Part shown: piece after piece, positions 37,401 through 50,122 of the stretch
Numbering within the stretch: the first letter of the stretch is position 1
Layout of the letters: every line of letters begins with the position of its first letter
Source of the DNA: Selaginella moellendorffii
Lineage: Eukaryota > Plantae > Lycopodiophyta
NCBI RefSeq assembly: GCF_000143415.4
Contig: NW_003314312.1
Location: 1,234,915-1,298,914 of the forward strand
Direction: 5' to 3'
Length of the DNA stretch: 64,000 nt
The notes under the pieces: model-generated
What the model was told of the DNA's origin: nothing
The model's input: the letters and a program-made list of their open reading frames with translations, nothing else
The model's database searches: none
Program-made: the position numbers and the translations under genes

Positions 37401-39230
37401 AAGGAGTGGCGACACTACCTTGGGAGACACTTCAAAGTTTACACGGACAATGTGGCAACGAAACACTTCTTGTCACAGCCCGACCTAAGGGGAAAACAAG
37501 GTCGGTGGGCCAATGCTTTGGCCGAGTTTGATTGCGAGATCCTGTACAAGCCTGGGAAGAGCAACATCGTGGCAGATGCGCTAAGTAGAAAAGCAAGCTT
37601 GAAGTTGGCGATATCTAGCATGACAGAAACCTTTTGGGATGATGTGCGGACTGCATACGAGAACGATGGTCTAGCACAAGAAGTGTTGCTGAGGAATCTA
37701 GAGGCACGGGAAGCTCACCAGAGAGGTGAGCTGCCAACGGAAGAGAAAACGGGCTATGCGGAACGCAACGGACTCATATATTACAAGCAAACGAGGGTGT
37801 ATGTTCCAGAAGGGGAACTAAGGAAGGTAGCCTTGGAAGAGTGTCATGACGGACCTCTCGCGGGACACGGCGGAGTGCCCAAGACGATGGGCTTACTCAA
37901 AAGGAAGTATCACTGGCCAGATATGGCTAAGGATGTCCAAGACTATGTAAAGACATGTCCAACATGTCAGCAGGTCAAAGCTGTGACAAAGGCTAGTGGG
38001 GGCTTGTTGCAAAGCATCCCCATTCCAGATCATCCGTGGAAATGTCTCACGATGGACTTCATCACGGGACTACCCCCAAGCGAGGGGTTCGATGTGATAT
38101 TCGTGGTGGTGGACCGATTTTCAAAGATGGCACATTTCATACCCACCACAACGGAAGTGGATGCGGAAGGTGTGGCGAAGCTGTTCTTCGAACAAGTGGT
38201 TCGAGTGCGGGGAAGGCCGGAAGAGATTATCTCAGATCGAGATAAGATCTTCACCAGTAGGTTCTGGAGGACACTTCTAGAACAGTATCGCACCAAGTTG
38301 AAATTCAGCACAGCCTATCACCCACAAACAGGTAATGGGTATTAAGTCAAGATTGATGGCACTAACACTTCTTGACAGACGGACAAACGGAAAAGGTGAA
38401 TAGGCAGCTGGAGGATTATTTGCGATGCTATGTCTCAGGAGACCAGACCAACTGGGTAAGTCATTTGGGACTTGCGGAAATGTGTTATAACAACTCACCA
38501 CATTCGAGCATCGGGGTGAGTCCATGGGAAGTCATCAATGGGCGAGCTATTGAAGGTCCTGTGGAACTCGGCGTGGCCGAGTATCATGGTGAGTTACCTG
38601 CAGTGGAGGCATTCACGGCGGAAAGACTCAACATTTGGAATCTAGTGAGGGATTCCTTGGAACGGGCTCAACAAAGGCAAACTAAGTATGCGAACCAAAA
38701 GTGTCGGGATGTGGAGTTCCAAGCTGGGGAGAAGGTGTGGCTGAACACCAAGAACCTCAGGCTACCAAGTGGGATCAGCCGGAAGTTGACCCAAAGGTAA
38801 AAATGCATGTGTTCCTGTAAATGAATTAATCTTGAGTTCCTTAAGCAGGTTCGCGGGGCCTTACGAGATTGAGGCTCGAATCGGTAAAGTGGCTTACCGT
38901 CTCCGACTTCCTCGAGAGATGGGGAAGATGCATCCCGTGTTCCACGTGAACTTACTCAAGCCGTATTTTGAGGATCCGCTTCGCAAGGACCAAGTAAGAC
39001 CTTTACCTGAGGTTATCCAAGGGGAGGAGGAATACGAAGTCGAGGCCATCCTCAATGCGCGCAAGAGCAAGTGACAAGGACGCGAGGGGAGAGAGTTCCA
39101 TGTGAAGTGGAAAGGATTTCCACACTGCGAAGCAACATGGGAACCGGAGGAGAACCTAGCGAACGCGCGAGATCTAGTGGAGGAATTTCTGCATGGCAGA
39201 ACTCTATGTACTTATGCAAAGTTCAATTAA
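34458..39230 (+). pseudogene. Gypsy B gag-pol with chromodomain; two GT-AG introns in the integrase (38332-38378, 38797-38848); several C>T nonsense codons
   Basis: [47 protein letters not shown]|DGQTE, KLTQR|FAGPY, YEVEAIL..VKWKGFPHCEATWEPEENL. Confidence 0.9.
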
Positions 39231-42200
39231 AATTATCAATTTGAGAAGTTGAGCAATGGCATATGTTGGGACCCGAAGGCGCGCCGAAGGTAAGCTAATT
39301 AGCATGGGTTAGCTAGGTTGACCAGGCGTAAGGAGCTACGCCCGACTCCCTGCGGGGATGTCGAATCCGTAGACGTATTTTACGGAGGTTGGGTTCAAGT
39401 CCCAACCCCCTAGTAAAGCAAGGCTAGGTTCAAGTCCCGACCCCATACTAGGGCGTGGTGAGGTGAGGAGTATAGGGACACCTATATTCCGTTGTCATGG
39501 GCTCTTGGCCGGGGAGGCTAACTTAGGCACATTGCTAAGTGGGGGGATGCCCCCGAAGACATGGTCAACAAGTCGTAGGATAAAACGAGACGTTCGATGT
39601 GGGCATCGAACTTCTTCTATGGGTGGTGGAGTTGTAAGGAACCAACTCGCCGAGGTGTCGTAGGCTAAAGGAACCCCGAAAGCATGACCAAAATAACAAA
39701 GAGTTCATCGGATAGGACCAAGTCGAAGATCGAGTCCAAGACCGACTCTAGGACCGAATTCGAGATAGAGTCCGGAATCGAGTCCGAGACCGACTCGGGG
39801 ACCGAGTTCGAGTCCGAGTCCGAGACCGAGTTCGAGACGGAGTCTGAGATCCGAAATCGGGTCCGAGACCGAGTTCGAGGTCGGGTCCGAGGTCGGGTCC
39901 GAGATCGGGTCCGAGATCAAGTCCGAGATCAAGTCCGAGACCGAATCCGAAGTCGGATCCGAAATCGGGTTCGAGATCGAGCCAGAGACTAAGTCCAAAT
40001 ACTAATATGGGTCAAGGGGTGAAAGCCCAAAGCGTGCGTCTCCCAAGGGGGGGGGGCTGCAGGGGGTTCCAAAAGTATAGTAGGGATAGTGAGGTCCAGG
40101 AACCAGTTTTGAAGGGACTCTCCAGTGGGGCTTCCAAACCGACTTAAGGTTGAGACTGGGACCGACGGGCCTTGGGTGGGAGTGAGCACGGACTTGGTTG
40201 GTGCCGGAGGGGCCATCCAAGGAAGTGCTCAAGAGCAGCTCCCACTCCCGAAAGGGAAACCGATTGCGGTGTTCCCGGCTCATGTGGAGTGGTGCCCCAC
40301 TTGAGTACCATGCGGCTCATTGGTCCTCGCCCTGCCTAGGGGCTTGGGCCTTCCTTCGGGATGGAAGTGGGGGGGTAGAGGTACCCATACCGGGCCGCTA
40401 GGCCACGGTGTTTCGCCCCGGTGTCCCGAAGCAAGTGTTGCACTCAAGACTTGGGATTTAGAGGGTCCTATGATCAAGTCTTGTGGTACCAAGGGATATT
40501 AGGAACCTGGAAGCTTGGTGTGCTTGGCTGCTTGTGCTTGCGGGGAGTGTAGCCGAACCTTAAGTCCAGTCTAACCCGGGGAGGGGGATTGGGGGTGATT
40601 TGGGAATCTGTGGATGGATGGCTAACACTCCGTTACTCGTGCAGTGAGTAGTTGAGACCAAGTAGGAGCTGGTACCATAGGCGAGAACCTTGGCAAGGGA
40701 ACTTAGCAAAAGCCAAGGCAGTGTTGGACGGATAGACGAGGTAAGCTGGCAAATTGAAAAGGAAAAATTTGTGGCTTACATGCAAGTGCTCCATCAAGGA
40801 GTTCCTGAGTCACCCTTGTGGTTCCCGGAAGTTGCTATCTTACAGCCGGTAGGGTGAGTCCTTTAATGCGCCCACCTTCCGCTATAAATGTGCCCAGGGC
40901 CTCAGCCACAATCAGAAAAAGATAGGGTGCTAGTGGACACCCTTGGCGTACCGAATGTCCCAGCTGAAAACTCAGTCCCGTCTCACCATTGATTGTGACT
41001 CTACTTGCGGCTCCTCGGTATAGTAATGAGATCCTGGCGACCATCTCTCCCGGGATGCCAATTGTATGCATGCACTCCTCCAGGAACCTCCAGTCCACCT
41101 GATCGTAGGCCTTCTAGAAGTCCAACAGCCATGCTGCAATTTGTTGGTCAGAGATCTCTACCCATCTCTGAGCCAACAGGTACGTCCAGATATTTTCTGT
41201 GATTTGCTGCCCTGGAACAAACCCTGTCTGCTGCTCCCGGATGATCAATGGCATGATAGCTTGGAGCTTGAGGGTCATTGCTTTGGCATAGACCTTGTAG
41301 GATGTGTTGAGCATGGTGATTGGCCTCCAATTCCTCAGCTTTTGCAGGTCCCCCCTCTTTGGGATAAGCGCAATCTAGCCCTCGAGGATCTCATGAGGCA
41401 AAGTTCCATCACGTTGAGCATCCCACCATGCTTGTAGCAGCAGCAGGTCTATGGTCTCCTAGTGCTCCTCAAAGAAAATGGGCAAGAGGCCGTCGATATC
41501 TGGTTGCTTGTCGTTGCTGAGCTTCCCGAGTGCTTCCCAAAGCTCCTTCAGTGTGAATTCCGTCTTCAGTGAGTCGTGCCACTCATGGGGGACACGCCGG
41601 GGAAGGGACGCAAGCACTTCCACCGCCGCCTTTTCCCTCTCTAGAGTCCACTGCTGGGCCATATAGAGAAGTTGGTAAAATTCCTGGGTGAACTATTGCA
41701 TCCCCTGTCCTAGAATGGGAGGAGAGTCTGTCACTGGCCTGATTCCCCTAAAGAAAGCCTTGTTGAGAAGGCGTTCATTGAGGGCCCATCCATCTTCCAT
41801 GGCCCAAACGCCCTTGCTCCACACAGCGTACTCCAAGTCGCGTAACTCGGCTTTGCGTTCATCTATTATTGCTTGCCACTTGGACTCATTTTGCGTGTTC
41901 AGCAACATCCTGTGTGCTGCTGCCACCTTCAGCCTGACCAGTCTAACGTCCTTCATCGCCGCTCCTTTGAGATCCTTCTAGCATGCTCGGAGCTTCTATG
42001 AGCAAGACAGGAGCACTGGGATCAGCCCCATCTTGCTCTACGCAAGAGCGTCGTGTATAAGCCCGATCGCCACCGGGTCTTGCAGCGTGGCTCTAGTGAT
42101 TGATCGCTGGACTGCTGTCCCTTTGTCCCTTTGGAGCTTGATCACACATCTGAGGGGGTCATGATCTGAGAAGGAGGCAAAACCGAGCCATGTTTCAAGG

Positions 42201-42996
42201 CTTCCCCCATCCTGCCGTATGCGAGATGAGGCGTAAATCTGGTCCAGTCTTGACTGGGAGGAAATTGTCTGCCGCCTTGTAAAAGGGTGAGCATGAGGTG
42301 CGAATCCTGCAGCATGTTGAAGGTCCATGAGCCCCAACACGTCCATGAGCTGACTCCACTGCTCCTGCTCACGTGGCTGAATTGTTTCTTGCATTCCCTT
42401 GCGATCGCAGATGTCCTTGACCATGTTGAAGTCTCCTAGGACCAGCCATTCATCTACTTGCCCCTGGGCAAACTGTAACATGCTCAGCCAGAATTCTGCA
42501 CATCTCCCTTTCTTCGTTGGTGCATAAACGTTGATTATCCCCACCCGTCCAAAGTGGAGGTGCAGGATGACCAGCTGAGTCTTTCCTGGGACCAGGACAA
42601 GGTGGTTTCGTACTTGGGCAGACCATTTGGTTGAGACTACCATTGCTGTGCCACCTCCTGGTCTGGCCACTACTTGCGTGGCCAGGTTCCACTAGAGCCG
42701 TCCCATCATTCCAAAGGTTTAGTCTGGGGCCATGGTCATTTTGTGCTCTTGCAGGCACAGGATGTCGATATCTCCTTCTAAGCTGATCTCACGGATGTGG
42801 GACTTGAGCTGCGCCCTTTTGTTGAGTCGACTGCCGGTCCAGCTGAGTCCCCGGCAGTTCCAGGTGATGATCGTGAGTGTTGTCATGGAGCCACGTACTT
42901 CCAAGAAAGTGCGGAGTTATGGGGTCTCACCCTCCATTCTGTGGAGATGGTCCACACCGCAGTCATCTTCCCCCTATACTTTGCCCAGGAGAAGCC

Positions 42997-45900
42997 TCAG
43001 ACAGTGTATTTCGCAAAGCCCGTCCACTTAATGATAGCACTCTCCATGCATGTTTGGTAGTCTCCAATCGTGATGACCTCTGGGAAGGCTGTGTTCTCGT
43101 GGCACATCAGCCAGTCTCCCGCCTTTGTGGAACTTAATTCCCGCTTAGGCGGAATCCACCTAACCGCCATTCCTACTATTCGAGGGAGGACGGGCTGGAA
43201 GCCATCCCCTTCGACGTTCGTAGTAGGTCCCTCAAACAGTTTGGGCTGTGAGGATGAGCCCAAGAGTGGTGGGGCGACTGGGAAGCGAATGTGGGGAGCT
43301 TGGTCTGGAGGGTATGCCTTCAAGATCCACTCCTGCTTTGCGGGTAACTCAAAGGGCTTCTGAGAGGCCAACTTGTTCCACTTGACTAAGCAGGCCTCCT
43401 CCCGGTGTCCAGCACGCTGACAAAAGTTGCCTCTATGTTCTGAGTTCTCCGTTTGGATCCTGATATACTGGCCCAACACTGCGATCTCTGTCGGGATTTC
43501 AGCCGGGGCTGACACAAAAACTTTGAGGCGGATGGGACCTAGAATACCCTCTACTTCTACAGTGTCGAGGCCGGCCGCTATCTGGCCAATACTACCTTCA
43601 ACCAGCTCCTGGATCACCATTGTGATCCACATTTCCATGGGAACATCCCAAAATGCGATGTTCACTGGAAAGCTCCCGCCCTTGAGACATGCCTGGTCCT
43701 CTGCCATGAACCTCGGGATCCATGGATGGAATGACACTGCCCAATTCTCATCAATGAGGCCATGCATGGCCTCCGCCTGAGACCGTGCCTCCTCTGTCTC
43801 AAAGACAACTGTGTAGCAGCCCTTCCCCTGTGGCAGCATCTTCTTCATGAGGATTCCCTGTCCTAGCATTGCATTGATCCAGTCGTTAGCCATGCGACCT
43901 GTTGGGAACTTCCCCCTAAAAACAGCAATCAGTGCCTTCTTACAGAGTTCCTCTTCCTTCTCTGTTACTGCTCTTTCCAAAGTCTCGGCCAGCTTAACAG
44001 GGACAGCCTTTCCTCTCGTGTCATTGTGGGCCAAGTCACTTCCACCTTCTCCTACTGCTGCCACCTTGTGCACTTTGGCCTGACCAGGTGTTCCCCCGTT
44101 CATGTTATGTGAGGTGTTCTTCTTGTTGACGTCACTGTTCCCATCCAAGGAGTGCAGCACTTCTACCACCTTTCCGCAGCCCCGAGTCTTCCCCACTCTT
44201 GACTGGGCTTTTGCCACTCGCTCAGGTGTGTCAACCTCCTGGTGCTGGTACCCTTGAGTCTCTGTTCTCTTATCTGTAGGGGCGTGCTCCTCCTCAAGAA
44301 AGGCTTCAACTGTGTTTGTCCAGGCCAGGTCCTCCTTGGCAAGTCTCGGAGTTTTAAGTTTCCGCCGCATTGCTCGCTTCACTTTCTTCTTCTCACGTTT
44401 GGTCTTCCTCTTGTTGAAGGCATCACGGTCTGGAAATGAAGTGTGTCATCTGACTGTTCATCCAGTGAGTGCTCCATCTCTAGCTCTATATCTGGCTCTC
44501 CGAGTCCCGCTTCAACTGTTGGCATTGGCGTGGTATCCACCTTGCCACCTTGCTCTTGCGCCCAAGCGTCGAAGAGATCCGCTTGCTGTGTGGCCACTGC
44601 CTTCGTGATTAATTCTTGAGCTTCACACTGTGCAAGGCCCAACACGAGGTCCTCTCCTAGGGGATTCAGGTCCAGCTCTCTGCTCGTGCACATCAGAGTT
44701 GACTAGATTTCTTTGCGTACTGGAAGCGGAGAACTTTGGATCCTTTTCTCAAAGTGGTGAGGGTCCCAGACCAACATCCCTGCCTTGTTGAGTCTCGGGA
44801 GTGGAGAGGGGAGCAACACCTTCTACCCTTGGTGCGGTGCTGTGGGAGAGTCTAGATCTGATTTCCTCACTTGTTGCAGGTGCGCAAGGTCCACTTGTCG
44901 TGTTTCCTCCTGCACTCTTGCATGTACTAGATCAGGGATGAGCCCGGCCACATCTACAGGAGTTTCTGGGTGGGACAAGGGGTTCCCACCAGCTGGGCAT
45001 GAGCTTGATGCATTCCCGTGAGCAGGGAGTGTGCCAGCTGTCCAGTCCTTTTGAGTCCTAAGGTTCTCTGTTAGAATTGCGGAGCTGCACAACATGCATC
45101 CCACAGAGAGATGTTCCCCACATCTTCCTCATCATCCAGTTGGTGAGTTAGCTATGAGACTTCATGCTGGATTCACTGTGCTGACTCTCGACACACCTAT
45201 TCCGTGAAATGCTCACTGTTCCAAAAGACTATACCACCGCCTGTAGGCTTCGACAAGAACAAGTGTAGACAATCTGTGCTATCTCCATCCTGTCTCAAGT
45301 CAGTGCAGCGCCTTGCCCCTGGGGGCTGTGAGCTGGATCGGGGCCTCACACTTGAGGAACGAGCTGGCGAAGATGGGAGTGAAGCTCTGGGCTTGTTCGT
45401 CAAGTCTGACAAGCATCTGTGGGCAAACTTCAATGTCCAGGGAGGCTGCTCCTTGTTCACCCTAGGGCCACAATTGAACGGTCTAACTCCCTGGAGATCT
45501 CCTAGCTTGGTTGTGTCTATGAATGAAGGATTGTGAACTCACCTTATAGTGAGGCTTCCATGTTTAGCCTGCAGGACAGAAGTGCATCCCCACTAAGGTC
45601 CTGTTCCCCTCTGTTTTTGGACGTTCTGGGTGGGGCAGACTTGAGTTCTCCTGACCCACGTCCTAGCTTTGCTGCTCCTGCACGTGCTGCTGCTCTGGTG
45701 GTGACCCTTGACCTGACCCTAGTGTGCCGCTCTTGTACTTCTGTGAGACATCCATCCCTGTGAATCCCCTCAATGGTGAAAGTGCTTGGGATGATTCTTC
45801 GCAAGCCTTCCTGACTTGTAACTGGCCCGAGACCCTCACGAAGCTCCTGAACTCCAGCCAGTGACCAAGCAAGTGGGTGAGGGGAGGTAGCTTCATCCTC

Positions 45901-46420
45901 TCCACCACTCTCAGTGGCACCACGTCTCTGGCTTGGCTTTTACTTCCAGCTTTTTCCAGGACCTGACCATCCCCCAGGCCTGAAACATCCACCACTTCTA
46001 TCCCATGGTTCTCATCCTGTTGGGTTGCTGCCTTGTGTGGCTCACTTGCTGCCTTGCACAGTAGTGTTCTGGCTGTTGATATAGAGGGCCCTTTCTTGTC
46101 CTGGCTTGCTGCTGTGTGTGTGCTAGAACCCTGACCTTGTAACAATCCTCCTCATGGGAGTCGAATGCTAAGGCCCCTGCCTCACCCTCCACGACCTTGA
46201 GAGCTCAGCTTGATGGGCGTGGATGCTGTGATTCCCTTGTGGCTGTTCTCCATGCTGCTGACAGGAGAGTGAGTACAAAGCAGAAGCAAAAAATGGGGAA
46301 CAATGCTTCCCTAAATCTCATGGCGGATGCCCCCGCCGACGATAGCAAGTGTGGGGAGATTGCACGCTCTCCCTTGAGCGCTCTTCTACCTCTGGTTGGG
46401 CCTCCGATCATGGCAGCCAT
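42997..46420 (-). pseudogene. LINE ORF1 (long low-complexity N-terminus, DUF4283-like RRM, zinc-knuckle remnant)
   Basis: ALIAVFRG..GKGCYTVVFETEE..FHPWIPRF and FCQRAGHREEAC; several stops upstream. Confidence 0.75.
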
Positions 46421-47559
46421 GGTACTGGGTGCCTTCCACCACTTCCTCCCCAAAAATCTTCCAACATTAGGGTTTTTACGCGGAAGTGTTGGTTTGCAAA
46501 ACCACACTTGTGAAGACTTTTTATCTCACGGATATCCATCATGTGAATTTCATTCTTGGGATGCTATAGTTGGTGAAGGTGAATCCAAAGATAAAGTGGA
46601 CTATTAAGCGTGTCTCGCTGGAGTATGGTGGTGTTAAAGATGTGTGGTTTGGAGAGGGAGTTCAACCTCCAGTTGTTATGCTCTCTACTACATCTTTGAA
46701 ACGAGCTTGTTGATATGGCAAAGCACTTTCAAGTTATTTGCTGTTTGTTCATGACTTAGGGGACCAAGGCATGTATGGGTGAGAAGCAACAATATGGGAT
46801 GTACTGAACAAGTTTGCTAATGTTTTTCCATCTGAATTTCCTCATAGGTTGCCTCCATTATGAAATGTGGAGCATGGGATTACGTTGGAGCTAGGGATGC
46901 AGCCAATTTATCAGCATCCATTTCGATTGAGTTATGCAGGGGAGTAAGAAGTTCAATGACAAGTCAAAGAGTTAGATTTATTCAACAAAGTAAGTCTCTA
47001 TTTAGTGCTTCAGTCTTGCTTGTGAAGAAAAAGGATGATTCAATGCAGATATGTATTAACTATTGTGCCTTGAACAAAAAGACAATGAAAGATAAGATGC
47101 CGATGCTGTGTGTGGATGATATCTTAGACAAACTTAGTAAGGAGTGGTGGCGCAATGGAGTTTTTGAGGTAATTCAATGGTGGTTAGGTGGTGAGGAACC
47201 TCAAGAAGAGGTGTAACATAGTCTAGGAAGACTAAATCTTTGTCTTTTCACACCAGATCATAACAACTTATATTCTTTTCAAGTCATGAATAGATGGCAA
47301 ATATCCTCACCAAGCCTTTACCAAGAGCCCACATTCACTAATCATTGCCATAATTTAGGAGTTTTTCTTGTCGGAGCACACCAAGAAAAGGGAGTGTTGG
47401 AACATAATGGAATCCACCATCTCCAATTAACTCTAGTTAGCTTTAGTGCTCACTCCTTATTAGCTCATGCAATACCTCTAGTAGCTCTAGTATAATAGAT
47501 CTGTTGCTCTAATCATGTTAGATACATTTACCTTGAGATCCAACTCTATTCTTTCTTTT

Positions 47560-47762
47560 TTCTTCTTTAGGGTAAGGTTTAAAGCCTTGAATTCTTTGGA
47601 GCTCAGATCCAACCGCATGAGTATTACTTTCATATTGCTTCCTTGTTGTTGAATCTTAGACTTTGCTGCCTTTGCATTTTCTGGCTGGAATACAACATGG
47701 GTGCCATACTTAGCCAAGACTCTGGCAGTCTCAAACCCAGTTCCCGACCTAGCCCCTGAAAT
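47560..47762 (-). pseudogene. Short-chain dehydrogenase/reductase (Tic32-like) N-terminal fragment
   Basis: GARSGTGFETARVLAKYGTHVV..LMRLDLSS. Confidence 0.7.
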
Positions 47763-48769
47763 TGCAAAGAGTTGGATAATGAATTCATATAATTTAATCA
47801 ATTCTGTGCAACCTTTTTGGCAGTGCTTCTTGAACCAAAGCCTGTAGCTCCTCAGCATCCTGTGAAGTAGATGAAAACACCCATGGTTGTGTTGGATCAA
47901 AGCCCAAATTCTCAATTTCTTGCAATGGTTGTAGGCTGTGAATGAGATTTGCATTCTTTAACAATGCTTTACTTTGACTCCTATAGAACAGTGAGAAGGA
48001 TCCTAGAAAATGTATATCAAAAATTCTGTAATGAGTGCAATTTATGTTTGCTCTAATGGTAAGCTTGATGCCATACCTGAGATGGGGAAGAATGATTGCT
48101 AGCCAAGTTTCTAGCTTGTGATAACAATATTCTTGAAACATCCCTTTGATCAGCTCAAGAGAGCCTGGTATACCTAGTCTGTGAAGCATGCTTACATGCT
48201 TCATAGAGAAGCAATGAGGATCACTTAGGGGTTTTGAAGTAGCACTGCAAAATATTGGGAACTACCAGCACCCAATTAACATCACTCTGTACCAACAAAC
48301 ATGATGATCCTGTTGCCCGAGTTGAGCCCGAGATCTCCATCCCTGAGATAGTTCAATCCATTGTACCAAAAGATTGGTTTATTTTGTCAACAATAGTAGT
48401 GGTGTTTTCTCTCTGGTTGTATATAAATTAAATTTTTATATTGTTATCATAAAAATATATAGAAGTTTGCGAAAAGATTTAAAATTTGTTTGAGATCTTT
48501 TAAAGCCTATTTAAGACCTACAGAAACAACAGATTTTTCTTTGGGAGTCTAATGAGTTCATTTATAATGACTTGAAAGATTCTTGTGTAGTCAATTCAAG
48601 TGTGGCACTCGTCAAAGTTGTGGCTGACTAGAATTCTCAACAACCAATCTCAAACAAGTCTCAAAGAAGCAAGCATATAATTGCCAAGGGCCATTTGCTT
48701 CTCAAATTTTAGACATTCACGATTATGGGGTCTTGCTTGCTCTTGTCTATGCCTTATGGAAATATTTCC

Positions 48770-49442
48770 TCCTCCTTAAGCTGTGGGATTGTCCCTCCTT
48801 GGACACCTCCATCATCTCGCAGGAATTCCCTTCCTCTCATTGCATGCCCTGTCCAAGCAGTATGGACCAATTTTCTTCATGAAGATGGGAACCGTGCCAG
48901 CGGTTGTCATCTCAAGCTCGGTTCTCGCCAAAGAGGTGTTGAGGTCGCAAGATCAGACGTTTACTTCCAGGCCTTACATCCTCGTTAGAGACTATGGCTT
49001 GTACCACTTCCAGGGGATTGGACCTGTCCCTTACAACGATCATGATGCAAAAGCTCTGCGCTACAGATCTTTTCACTCCCAAGAAGATCGATTCGTTTCT
49101 CCCAATCAGGCTAGAGGAGATCACTGGCATGTTTTCGGCGCTTCGAGGTGCTGGAGCGCACAAAGCTGTGGACATGAGGAACATGTTGTCGACCTTCACC
49201 TTCAATGTCATGACCCGGATTCTCATGAACAAGAGATTCTTCGAATACGGGAGGATGAGGAGCACATTGATGGCGAGGCCAAGCAGTTCAAAGATATTGT
49301 GTTCGAGACAGCAGACCAGGGACTCCAGTTTCATATCAGCGAGTTCATCCTGCACTGGCTCAAGTGGATTGATTGGAAAGTCCCGGAACTGAAGAGGCTC
49401 CATGTGAAGAAGGATAAGTTTCTCCAGAACATCCTTGACCAG
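48770..49442 (+). pseudogene. Cytochrome P450 (CYP71-clan) 5' fragment, frameshifted
   Basis: [47 protein letters not shown]; [16 protein letters not shown]; [13 protein letters not shown]. No heme-binding half. Confidence 0.85.
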
Positions 49443-49484
49443 GTGGAGCTTTTCGTCATTCTTCAAGCAACGTTTATGTTGCAC

Positions 49485-49597
49485 TATGAAGGCGCTGTTA
49501 AAGAAGGTGGAAGAGGCCCAAGCATCTGGGACGTTTATGCTCACACTCCCGGAAAAGTAATGGATGGAACAACTGGAGATGTTGCAGTGGATCATAA
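49485..49597 (+). pseudogene. Glycoside hydrolase family 1 (beta-glucosidase) fragment
   Basis: [37 protein letters not shown]. Confidence 0.85.
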
Positions 49598-50122
49598 GGT
49601 TCTGCGTCAGACTGAAGATCTGAAGGTCTCGTGTTCATTCCACGTTCACCGCATTATTCTGGAGCACGAAAGAAGCTGGAACACAAGATCAATAGAAAAG
49701 CTTTGGCAATTGCTTACTATAGCAAGAACTTAGAAAGTAAAACAAAAAAAGAGAGACTTACAGGAAAAAATCATTTACTAATCATAAACCCATATAAACA
49801 GCATAAAACAAGAAGTTTTATGACGATGCTAAACCACCTGTACCCTAATTTTTGACACGTCTGCGCTCAACGTGGGTAAAGGAGTGCGCGACACATAAGC
49901 GTGCCCTATCCCACATGCGAAGGCACAGAATCATGCCTGGGGCTTGAGTATATAAAGAGACCTGACAGACAGACATTATGAAAGAAAGAACTTAGAACAG
50001 AAGCGAAACTCTACTCACAAGTTTTGTAGTTTGGCGTCTTGCAGCTTGTTCCATCTCGAGTTCCTGCAAAGAAAAAATCAAAATAAGTCGAGAATTTTTC
50101 GGCCAGACCGCTAGCAATAACA

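Larger units (their letters stand above)
33261..40780 (+). mobile_element. Full-length chromodomain Ty3/Gypsy (chromovirus) family B
   Basis: ~1.14-kb LTRs TGTAAGG...CTTACA at 33261-34398 and 39633-40780; iMet PBS TGGTATCGGAGC at 34402; PPT GGGTGGTGGAG before 39633. Confidence 0.96.
18513..42886 (-). pseudogene. LINE ORF2 (APE endonuclease, RT, zf-RVT) in three pieces: 42886-40781, 33260-32903, 20692-18513
   Basis: ITWNCRGL, LCLQEHK, GDFN, SRLD, SDH; QTGFVPG, LLDF, VRQGCPLAPYLF, ADDT; HALWEC. The frame ESWGK-LGTEH is restored across the Sola insertion. Confidence 0.9.
18378..46481 (-). mobile_element. L1/Tx1-like LINE retrotransposon, apparently full length, carrying two nested insertions
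   Basis: Perfect 16-bp TSD GGAAGTGTTGGTTTGC at 18362-18377 and 46482-46497; ORF1 and ORF2 motifs on the minus strand. Confidence 0.93.
16767..47265 (+). mobile_element. Old Gypsy family A copy (5' LTR 16767-16999, gag-PR 17030-18377, PR-RT 46498-47137, truncated 3' LTR to 47265), split by the LINE
   Basis: Homologous to the 7923-12964 element; PBS TGGTATCAGA at 17001; flanks TCTTA/ACTTA (degenerate TSD); internal deletion from RT to the 3' LTR. Confidence 0.88.

Noticed and set aside
39200-39632. Possible third intron or extra ORF after the Gypsy B chromodomain (GAAG|GTAAGC near 39290)
   Set aside because: No conserved reading frame to test it against.
48783-49733. 316-aa ORF as a functional P450-glucosidase fusion
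   Set aside because: It crosses P450 frameshifts and lacks both the heme-binding Cys and the GH1 catalytic residues.
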